Shown here one piece after another: positions 56,360-64,000 of a DNA stretch of 64,000 bases; the first letter of the stretch is position 1, and each line of letters opens with the position of its first letter. The notes under the pieces are model-generated. The model saw only the letters and a program-made list of their open reading frames with translations. It searched no databases and was not told the origin of the DNA. The DNA is from Bryobacterales bacterium (GTDB taxonomy: Bacteria > Acidobacteriota > Terriglobia > Bryobacterales > UBA6623), in assembly GCA_963422375.2 (NCBI GenBank), contig OY729427.2, forward strand, positions 1,696,001-1,760,000, written 5' to 3'. The translations under genes were made by a program, and so were the position numbers.

Positions 56360-56790
56360 TTGACGCGCTGAGCAGTTGCTAAGCGCGTAACAGGTCATTT
56401 CCGACTCGGACGGATTCCGGCTGCATCCCGGCCGTTGCCTCGGTTGGAAGCCGGTCCACGCCGTCGGGCACCAGGTCCACGTTGATGCCGACATCCGCAC
56501 GCGTGACGCGGACGAACTTGGACCTCAGCGACGGCAACTCGCGACGGATCTTGAGCGTGATCGCCTGCAGTCCCTTGATGCGCAGGACGAAGCGCCCGTT
56601 GCCGTGAGGCCGGAGCGATGGCGGGCGCAAGCATTCGATCGCTCGGAACCGCCTTGCCTGCTTGAATCGCGGGAATCCCGGCTTCATCTCCTGCCTTGCA
56701 GCGCCGGAAGAAGGCCTTGAACGCCTAGTTCACGTGAGACAGCGTGGCTTCGCACATTCCCGTAGGACGCTCTCTGCAGGCGCAAACCCC
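56360..56790 (-). mobile_element. tnpB relic 2, RuvC region deleted, 3' tail retained
   Basis: AFKAFFRRCKAG / KPGFPRFKQARRFRAIE..VRVTR..VDLV joined directly to a tail homologous to that of relic 1. Confidence 0.8.
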
Positions 56791-56795
56791 GAGGC

Positions 56796-57908
56796 CTACG
56801 AGGGCCAGTCGAGCCTCTCGCCGCGGTTGAACGGAGCCTCCGGGCGCTGCGACGGCCCGGCCCCGGGCGCGGCGGACCGTCCCGCCGAGCCGTCGGCGCC
56901 GGGCGGGCGGGGCGATTCGCCCGAGGTCCCACGCGACCCGAGCGCCGCGAGATAGGGCTCCACGGCCTCCGCGGACCGCAGGTGCAGGTCGCGTTGCGGG
57001 AACGGTATCTCGATGCCGTGCGCCTTCAGGGACGCGAACAGGCCGAAGTACATGTCGCTGGTGATCACCTGGGGCCTCTCGATCTGTCGCGTGGTCCAGA
57101 TGCGCAGTTCGAAATCCAGCGAGCTGTCGCCGAAGCCCCGAAAGATCACGTCGGGTTCGGGGCTCTCGAGTACGTCGGGATGCACGCTCGCCACCTCGGT
57201 CGCCAGCGAGCGGACGACTTCCGGGTCGCTGGAATACGACACGCCGAACGGCACCTTGATGCGGACGAAGCGGTCGTCCAGCGTGAGGTTCGTCACGCGT
57301 TGCTCGATGAACTCCGAGTTGGGCACCACGATCACCACGTTGTCGTTGGTGCGGACGCAGGTCGCCCTCGAGCCGATCGTCACGATGCTTCCTTGCAGGC
57401 TCCCCACCTGCACCCGGTCGCCGACCTTGACCGGCTGCTCGAACAGCAGGATCAGCCCCGAAGCGAAGTCCTTGGCGATCGTCTGGAACCCGAGGCCCAC
57501 GCCGATGCCCAGGCCCCCGCTGAACACGGCCACGCCGCTGAGATCGAGGCCGAACGCATTCAGCGCCGAGGTCGCCCCGACAGCGAAGAGCGTGTAGGCG
57601 ATGATCCGCTGCAGCGCGAACTTGTGGCCTTCGTCCAAAGGCGTCCGGTCAAGGAGCCTTGCCCGGATCATCTTGCTGATGGCCCGCGTGGCGAGCCACA
57701 GGACCAGCACCAGGATGAGTGCTTTGACCGCCAGCATCAGCGTCGCGCCGAAGCTGCCGACCGTCGAGAACGGACGGCTCCAGAAGTCCCACAGGAACCC
57801 CCCTATGGTGACGGCGGAGGCGCTCCTCCAGAGACCTGAGGCGAACAGGCCGCCGACGGCCGTCCCGACCGCGCCGGCGGCAACTAGCCACTTCGTGCGA
57901 GAGGTCAA
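56796..57908 (-). CDS. small-conductance mechanosensitive channel (MscS family)
   Basis: GIGVGLGFQ..FASGLILLFEQPVKVGD, VPNSEF, GVSYSSD, FGDSSLDFEL, IEIPFPQRDLH. Confidence 0.93.
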   Translation of the reverse strand: MTSRTKWLVAAGAVGTAVGGLFASGLWRSASAVTIGGFLWDFWSRPFSTVGSFGATLMLAVKALILVLVLWLATRAISKMIRARLLDRTPLDEGHKFALQRIIAYTLFAVGATSALNAFGLDLSGVAVFSGGLGIGVGLGFQTIAKDFASGLILLFEQPVKVGDRVQVGSLQGSIVTIGSRATCVRTNDNVVIVVPNSEFIEQRVTNLTLDDRFVRIKVPFGVSYSSDPEVVRSLATEVASVHPDVLESPEPDVIFRGFGDSSLDFELRIWTTRQIERPQVITSDMYFGLFASLKAHGIEIPFPQRDLHLRSAEAVEPYLAALGSRGTSGESPRPPGADGSAGRSAAPGAGPSQRPEAPFNRGERLDWPS

Positions 57909-57938
57909 TCGAACTGCTGCCTTCCCCTTGCGACCGTC

Positions 57939-60203
57939 CTAGTCGATCGAGATCTCCTCGCTGGCATGCACGAAGAGCACGTCATTCGCGCCCTTGAAGC
58001 GATTCAGTGTCGCCGAGGCCCGTTCCTGCTCCAAGTCGACCCGGTCCAGGCCGGCGACGACCAAGTCGGCCATGCCCGACCGGCGGGCTGCCTCGCGCTC
58101 CAGCGACTCCCCGACGCGGCACTCGACGGAGGTCACGTTCTGCATGGAGATCGGCAGGCGACCGTCCCTCGTCAGCCGCGAGATCTGCCGCGTGCCTTCG
58201 TCCCCCTCGCTGGAGTCGTGGCAGACGAACAGGCGGATGGTGGCGCGCTTCCACTCCGGATGCCCGACGATGATGTAGGCCAGCAGCAGCATCATCGGCG
58301 CGTGCGGCAGGTCGTCCTCGGTCACCCACACGTGAATCGAGGACCGGTATCCGAAGCGGAAATGCGTGGACCGGAGCACGAGGACGTTGAACAGGGATTC
58401 CGACACGAGCAGGGCGCCCTGGGCGATCTCCTCAAGCTCCTCGGACCGGTCCTTGTCGAATTCGAGCAGCACGCAGTTGTTGGGCAGGCCGGAAATCCCG
58501 GGCATTTGCAGGATCTGGCCGAGCCCCATCTGGAAGGAGGGGCTGATCAAGGAATCCACGAAGATGCCCGCGCCGCTGAGCTCGGTGCGCTCGATGAGAG
58601 TGTTGACGCGCGTCCGCGCCTCGATCTCCTCGGGAAACGAGTAGTCTCCTTGGACGTACTGGATGAAGTGCCCGAATCCGTGGCGGTGGCAGATCCAGCG
58701 CAGCAGGTCGAAGTGCCCCAGCCGCCGCTCGGCGAAGCGGGTGACGGCGACGATCGAGGGCCGCCAGCCGCCTAGCGCTCCCTCCACGCGATTCTTCTGC
58801 AGGGCGATCTGCAGGTGGCGGGTCATCTGGAACATGGTCCCTTGGAAGATCGCCGTCAGGTCGCGTCCCCCGCGCTGCGTCCGTCGGAGGCCTTGGTAGA
58901 TCAGCATCATCAGCGCCACCGAGACGAATGCGTACAGGACGTTCATCTGGATCATCATCAGCACGCACATCACCGCGCCGAGCAGCGAGACGTACCAGCG
59001 GGTGTGGAACGTGGGGCGGTAGGACGGGTTGCCCGCGAAGTACTCGAGGAACGACACCGCGCAAAGGGCGCCGTACGTCACCATGAAGAACATGCTGAGG
59101 ATCTGGGCGATGAAGTCTAGGCCCCCGGTTAGGACGAAGACGGCCGCGATCCCGCCCGACACCAAGGTGGCGGCGACGGGCTCCTGGGCCTCGCCCCTGC
59201 CGCGCTCCAGCAGCCGGTTCAGCAGGGGCAGGGGCAGGACCTTGTCGCGGGCTAGGGCTTGGAGCGTTCGAGGTGCCACCAGGATCGACCCGAGGGCCGA
59301 CGACAGGGCGGCGGCCGCCAGGCCGACGTAGATCGCGGGCCCCCACAGCGCGATCTGGACCATGATGAACTGGTCGCCCGCGAGCGCTTCGGGCGTCGCG
59401 CTCCGCGCCAGCTTCACGGCGGCCATGGCGTACACGAGCATGCCGGCCAGCGTTGCGCCGATCGTGCCGAGCGGGATGCTTCGCTGCGGATCCTTGAGGT
59501 CGCCGGACAGCCCGAGGCCGGCGATCATGCCGGTGAAGGCCGGGAAGCAGGTCGCGAACACCGTGCCGAAGCCGTCGCCGTCGTCGATGCGGGCGGTGAT
59601 GTCGAGGCCCGCCGGCCGGATCGCCTCGGACCCCTGTCCCAGCAGGAAGAGCCCGATCGACCCGCCCAGCGCAACGGCCACGACCCACAGGGCGCGGACC
59701 CCGAGGTCCGCCCCCTTGTACAGGATGAGTCCCAGGAGCACCAGCGTGCTGGGCGCGCTGACCCAGCGCTGGTCCATTTCGAACTCGTACCGGGAGGCAA
59801 TCCACCCGTAGACAGGTTCGAAGGCCTCGCCGAACGCTACCAGGTAGAACGCGACCGAAATCGCTTGCGAGATGTACAGCGCGATGCCTATCGTGCCGCC
59901 GATGCCGTGGCCGAAGGAGCGGCTGATGATGAAATAGGCCCCGCCTCCGGCCACCCGCCGGTTGGTCGCGATCTCGGATACGGCCAAGACGGTGGGAATC
60001 GTGACGAGGTGCCCGATCAGGATGATGACCAGACTGCCCCACAGGCCCACGTGAGCGACCGCGTAGCCGAACCGCAGGAAGAGGATCGCCCCGAGAATCG
60101 TGCTGATCGAGGCGAGGAAAACCGGGGCGGTGCCGAACTCGTGGCCGCCGACCGGCGGGCTGTCAGCGCCTTGGCCCGTGGCGAGGATCCCGCGTCGTGC
60201 CAT
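57939..60203 (-). CDS. APC-superfamily permease, cation-chloride cotransporter (SLC12-like)
   Basis: STILGAILFLRFG, SEIATN..GGGAYFIISRSFG, FPAFTGMIAG..SGDLKDP, PSYRPTF, WRPSI, large cytosolic C-terminal domain. Confidence 0.85.
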   Translation of the reverse strand: MARRGILATGQGADSPPVGGHEFGTAPVFLASISTILGAILFLRFGYAVAHVGLWGSLVIILIGHLVTIPTVLAVSEIATNRRVAGGGAYFIISRSFGHGIGGTIGIALYISQAISVAFYLVAFGEAFEPVYGWIASRYEFEMDQRWVSAPSTLVLLGLILYKGADLGVRALWVVAVALGGSIGLFLLGQGSEAIRPAGLDITARIDDGDGFGTVFATCFPAFTGMIAGLGLSGDLKDPQRSIPLGTIGATLAGMLVYAMAAVKLARSATPEALAGDQFIMVQIALWGPAIYVGLAAAALSSALGSILVAPRTLQALARDKVLPLPLLNRLLERGRGEAQEPVAATLVSGGIAAVFVLTGGLDFIAQILSMFFMVTYGALCAVSFLEYFAGNPSYRPTFHTRWYVSLLGAVMCVLMMIQMNVLYAFVSVALMMLIYQGLRRTQRGGRDLTAIFQGTMFQMTRHLQIALQKNRVEGALGGWRPSIVAVTRFAERRLGHFDLLRWICHRHGFGHFIQYVQGDYSFPEEIEARTRVNTLIERTELSGAGIFVDSLISPSFQMGLGQILQMPGISGLPNNCVLLEFDKDRSEELEEIAQGALLVSESLFNVLVLRSTHFRFGYRSSIHVWVTEDDLPHAPMMLLLAYIIVGHPEWKRATIRLFVCHDSSEGDEGTRQISRLTRDGRLPISMQNVTSVECRVGESLEREAARRSGMADLVVAGLDRVDLEQERASATLNRFKGANDVLFVHASEEISID

Positions 60204-60302
60204 GGTCGAGGAGAGCCGGGCCGGAAGGAAGCACAGTCAGCGAAGGCACCTGCGGAGACATTATTGCACGGAGCTCGCGCCCGGCCGGGTCGGCGCGGGC
60301 AT

Positions 60303-61388
60303 CTAGTTCGCGTCCCCGAACCAAGTCGAGAAGATCCGTTCGTACTCCCCGGATTCCTGGACGAGCAGCAGCGCGCGGTTCGCCGGCTCTCTCAGTTCGC
60401 TGCCGGACGGGAATGCGATGCCGTAGGTCTGCCTCTCGATGAGAGGGCCGACCACGGCTACGCTCCCGGTCGGATCCTGCATCGCGTACCTCATCAGCGG
60501 GGACGCGTCGAACAGGATCGCGTCCACTGTTCCCGCATGCAGGAGCGAGTAGCACTGGCCGAGCTCGCGCACCGCTTGCACCCTGGCTCCGTACTGCACG
60601 GCGGCTTGCGCGCTGGTCGTGCCCTCGACGGTCGCCACCGCTCTCCCGCGCAGATCGTCCGGTCCCGCGATGTCGCCCGTCAGGTGCTTGATCGTCAGGC
60701 CCGCCGAGAGCTGCGCGATCGCCACCCCGAACAGGGAGATTCCGATGACCATCGCCAGCAGGGACACGAACCGTCCGAACCATCGCTTCGGGGTCACGTC
60801 CCCGTATCCGACCGTGGTGATCGTGGCCAGAATGCACCACATGGCCTCGAGTATTCCGGGGAAGTACTGCGGGCTGATGTCGGCCTCGCCGCGTTCGACG
60901 AAATAGAAGACGTGCGCGCTCAGGAGCACGAAGACCACCAAGTAGGCCAGTGCGTCGAGCTCGGCTTCGCTCGCGAGCCACCGGAATACGCGTACCAATC
61001 CAATGTCGCGGTCGACAGTTGTGAGAATTCTCAGGCCGCTGTTCATGTACGGATGGCTGAAGTCCATGTAGACTTCGCGCTCTCGGGTGATGCTGATGCC
61101 GCCCAGCGCGACGTCAAACTCGCCGCGTCTGAGCGATTGCATCAACTCCTCGAAGGCGACGGTCCGGAACGTCGTATCCAGTCCGAGCTCCGCGGCCACC
61201 TCGTTCCAGATGTCGATGTCGAAACCTTCGAGGCTCTCCGCCAATTCCATGACGTGGGGCGGGAAGACCGCCACGCCGACGACGACGGAGGAGTCCTCGG
61301 CTGCGAGGACCGGGGCCGGAAGCGCTGCGAGGACCGCGACGGTCAACCAAGAGAGACGGGACGGCCTGTTCCGCGAAAGACCGGACAC
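60303..61388 (-). CDS. ligand-binding-domain K+ channel (GluR0-like)
   Basis: Signal peptide, SBP half (GFDIDIW..GISITRERE..DFSHPY), TM-pore TTVGYGD-TM, second SBP half (YGIAFP). Start is uncertain. Confidence 0.9.
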   Translation of the reverse strand: MSGLSRNRPSRLSWLTVAVLAALPAPVLAAEDSSVVVGVAVFPPHVMELAESLEGFDIDIWNEVAAELGLDTTFRTVAFEELMQSLRRGEFDVALGGISITREREVYMDFSHPYMNSGLRILTTVDRDIGLVRVFRWLASEAELDALAYLVVFVLLSAHVFYFVERGEADISPQYFPGILEAMWCILATITTVGYGDVTPKRWFGRFVSLLAMVIGISLFGVAIAQLSAGLTIKHLTGDIAGPDDLRGRAVATVEGTTSAQAAVQYGARVQAVRELGQCYSLLHAGTVDAILFDASPLMRYAMQDPTGSVAVVGPLIERQTYGIAFPSGSELREPANRALLLVQESGEYERIFSTWFGDAN

Positions 61389-61576
61389 ACACCGCCGGAA
61401 GCGCTCAACGGCACGCTCGCAGGTCCCGAACGGGTGCCGGAACCGTACAGTTGCGCGGGCCAGCGGCTTCACCTGAATGTAACGGTACCAGCTTCGCTCC
61501 GGAAGCTTGCTGCTGGCCCTCGGTATCAGCGAACGCAAGGAGGGCACGGTCCGCTCGGTATGCCAACCTGTACGTG

Positions 61577-63160
61577 ATGATGCCCGGCGGCATCGTGGAA
61601 GTCGGGGCTGGCTGGCGAGGTCGTGCTTCCGCGGCGTGGCCGTCGCGGACTCTCGCCGCCGCGCTCGCGCTGGCATCGGGCGGGGCGCTCGCCCAGCCCC
61701 CCAATGCCGTGCGCGAGATCGAGCTGCGCACGGAGCCCCGCGACGCTCCGATGCTCCCGTTCGAAAGCGTGACCGTGCGTATCTTCGCCCGGGGCACGGC
61801 CGTCAACCGCCCCGCGGACCGGCCTGACGTGCGCCTCGAGCCGGGCCGAGTCGCCTTCCACTTGCACGACCCCGGCAGCGGGTGGCTCTCCAAGCCCTTT
61901 CGCTACCAAGGGCGCGACGCCCCGCCGCTGCCCGGCGTCGGCCCGCCGAGCTTCCGCTCCAGGCTCTTCGCGCTCGCCGAGCGGCACTCGCTCTACCAGG
62001 ACGCCGTGCTCTTCACCGCATCGGGCGCGCGGGCCGAGGCCGTGCTGTCGGCCACCCTGGGCGGGGCGACCGGCTCGATTCGGATTCGCGTGTCCGCCGC
62101 GGATGGCCCCGCGCCCTCCCCCGAGAGGGTCACTTTCGGCGAGCAGCCCCGTTCGCCCGACCCCTACCGTGCCTTGGCCGAGCACCACGCTCCGTTCGTC
62201 GCCCAGGAGACCTGGTTCCACCCCAAGTCCGACTATCTCGGCCGCTTCGACGCCGACGGCGACTGGCGGGGCGATAACAACTGGGCCAACTTGCCGCGGG
62301 CCAGCTCGCAGGCCTACGTGTATTACGCCGTGATCGAGACCGAGACGCACTGGTTCCTGCTCTACAACTTCTTCCACCTGCGCGATTATTCGGACAAGTG
62401 CGTTTCCGCTGCCTGCCACGAGAACGACAACGAGGGGCTGATCCTGACGGTCGCGCGGGACGGCTCCGCCACGGGCCGGGCCGTCGCGATGGAGACTCTG
62501 GCGCACAACAAGGTGTACTCGTATCGCGCCGACCCGCGCGTCCGGGGGAATTTCCATAACCTAGACGGCGAGATGGAATTCTATCGCGGATCGCATCCCC
62601 TCGTGTTCGTGCATTCCGGCGGGCACGGCGTGTACGGGCCGGGCAAGCATGCCTCCTACTCGTTCGCCGCCGACCGGTTCCACGGCGGGACGGGAGTGAC
62701 TTACGTCTACAAGGGCGTAGCGGAGCGCCCCCGGCATCCGTCCGACCGGGAGGTCGGCTACGATCTGCTCCCGATCTACGACCACTGGTGGCTCTTGGCC
62801 CACGGCGGCGGGGAAGGGGCCGCCGAGTCCTTCAGCGACTACTTCGCGTACCGGCCGCGCGGAGGCCGGCCCCGGGCCCGGCACCGGGAGCTTGCCGGGG
62901 CCTTCCTCGGCCGCCGGCACGGCGCAGGCATGGCCAAGCCCTTCTGGGGCTGGCACGACAACGCGACGCTCAAGGGAGGCGTTCTGGCCAAGGGCCAGTG
63001 GGCCTTGGATCCGGCGTACTCCGCGAGCCGCAACCTGACGCTGCCGAGGCCGGTGTCGCTGCGCTACACATTCAACCCGTACCTGCTCGACCCGGACGCG
63101 CCGCCGTCCGGGTCGGAGTCCCCTCGCGACCGCGAGGTAGCCTTGCGCCCGGGTCCGTAG
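61577..63160 (+). CDS. secreted hypothetical protein with HENDxEG motif
   Basis: Leader ending ALAQ; YVYYAVIETETHWFLLYNFFHLRDY..CHENDNEG. Start is uncertain. Confidence 0.75.
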   Translation: MMPGGIVEVGAGWRGRASAAWPSRTLAAALALASGGALAQPPNAVREIELRTEPRDAPMLPFESVTVRIFARGTAVNRPADRPDVRLEPGRVAFHLHDPGSGWLSKPFRYQGRDAPPLPGVGPPSFRSRLFALAERHSLYQDAVLFTASGARAEAVLSATLGGATGSIRIRVSAADGPAPSPERVTFGEQPRSPDPYRALAEHHAPFVAQETWFHPKSDYLGRFDADGDWRGDNNWANLPRASSQAYVYYAVIETETHWFLLYNFFHLRDYSDKCVSAACHENDNEGLILTVARDGSATGRAVAMETLAHNKVYSYRADPRVRGNFHNLDGEMEFYRGSHPLVFVHSGGHGVYGPGKHASYSFAADRFHGGTGVTYVYKGVAERPRHPSDREVGYDLLPIYDHWWLLAHGGGEGAAESFSDYFAYRPRGGRPRARHRELAGAFLGRRHGAGMAKPFWGWHDNATLKGGVLAKGQWALDPAYSASRNLTLPRPVSLRYTFNPYLLDPDAPPSGSESPRDREVALRPGP

Positions 63161-63194
63161 AGGCCGCGCGGAGCGCTGCGAAAGGGTGTCGGCT

Positions 63195-64000
63195 TCAGTC
63201 CGGCTGGATCCTATTCGCGGGCACCTCGAGCGCGCCGCCCTCCGCACTCTCGTTCGCCCAGATGTCCTCGGCAGTCACCGCGTACTCGTAGGACCGGCTG
63301 GGCTCGGCTGACGCGTCGCTGAAGGCAGGTACAACGATCAAGCCCGAGATATCGGTGCCGTCCCGCTGCACGCGATACCCGGCCGCGTCGGTCTCGACGC
63401 TGGGCAGCCAGGACAGCTCGACCGCGGCCGGCGTCCGCACCGCTCTCAAGCCGCTGGGCGGGGCCGGCGGGAACGTGTCGTGCGGCGTCACCTCGGCCGT
63501 GTCGGAAAGCGGGCCCTCGATCCAGCCCGCCGCGGACTTTCGGAACGGCCGCAGCCTGTAGCGGTGGGTCTCGCTCCACTCGACCGTCCGGTCCAGGAAC
63601 GACGCGACGGCGAGACGCCCGAGCGCGGCGAACTGGCCGTCCTCGCCGACCGCCCGCTCGATGGCGTATTCCTCGGCGCGCGCGGCCGGCTGCCATGCGA
63701 GCTCCACGCCTGTTGGGCGGACGGAAACCGCTACGCCTTGCGGCTTCTCGGGCGCTTCCAGCGCTTGGAACCGGACTTGATTCGAATAGCCGGCGTGGCG
63801 CCCGGCCCGGTTGGTCCCCGTCACCGCCAGGACCGTCAGCTGGCCCAGCTCCCACTCCGTCGCGCGCGTACGAACCTCCAGCAGGTCGCCCGGATTCCGG
63901 CCCTCCAGCTCCGCCGGCCCCAGAACCGCGACCGGTCGGCGGTAGCCGTCGATCGTCTCCCGCGGGAGGTCCCGCGAGAAGTCCGGCACGTCCACCGCCC
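63195..64000 (-). CDS. fibronectin type III domain protein (5' end outside window)
   Basis: VELAW..YAIER..FLDR, DTFPPAPPSGL..VELSW..AGYRVQR..YEYAVTAED..NES. Confidence 0.85.
   Translation of the reverse strand, partial: AVDVPDFSRDLPRETIDGYRRPVAVLGPAELEGRNPGDLLEVRTRATEWELGQLTVLAVTGTNRAGRHAGYSNQVRFQALEAPEKPQGVAVSVRPTGVELAWQPAARAEEYAIERAVGEDGQFAALGRLAVASFLDRTVEWSETHRYRLRPFRKSAAGWIEGPLSDTAEVTPHDTFPPAPPSGLRAVRTPAAVELSWLPSVETDAAGYRVQRDGTDISGLIVVPAFSDASAEPSRSYEYAVTAEDIWANESAEGGALEVPANRIQPD

Overview
GC-rich bacterial chromosome segment. The gene content (DUF1501/PSD1 pair, sulfatases, PQQ-type propeller, FnIII protein) suggests an Acidobacteria-like organism, which is an inference. The conserved backbone comprises ackA, a Na+/solute symporter, tRNA-Glu, an RND adaptor, a VOC protein, an rpoD-like sigma factor, nadD-obgE, thiG, folP-folB-folK, ddl, asnS, gltB, tRNA-Leu, zapB/zapA, sulfatases, a PL8 lyase, DUF1501/PSD1, DUF29 and an MscS/cation-chloride cotransporter/GluR0-like channel cluster. 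It is interleaved with many mostly decayed insertion sequences: two IS1595 families with 3 and 4+ copies (several with 8-bp TSDs), plus IS110, ISNCY, IS4, ISAzo13, IS630, IS1380, IS1634 and two tnpB relics. No CRISPR array was seen. The most unusual signals are: (i) a local patch of one-directional GC->AT change in one IS copy while IS interiors drift AT->GC in a tree-incompatible mosaic; (ii) a CCWGG->CTWGG erosion signature in host genes; (iii) about 10 short tandem duplications seen only in IS DNA; (iv) two tnpB relics sharing a 76-nt structured 3' tail around an intact DUF29 gene; (v) a roughly 285-bp hairpin-packed non-coding block; and (vi) a vestigial second sigma region 4.2 right behind rpoD. 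None of these is a proven new system.
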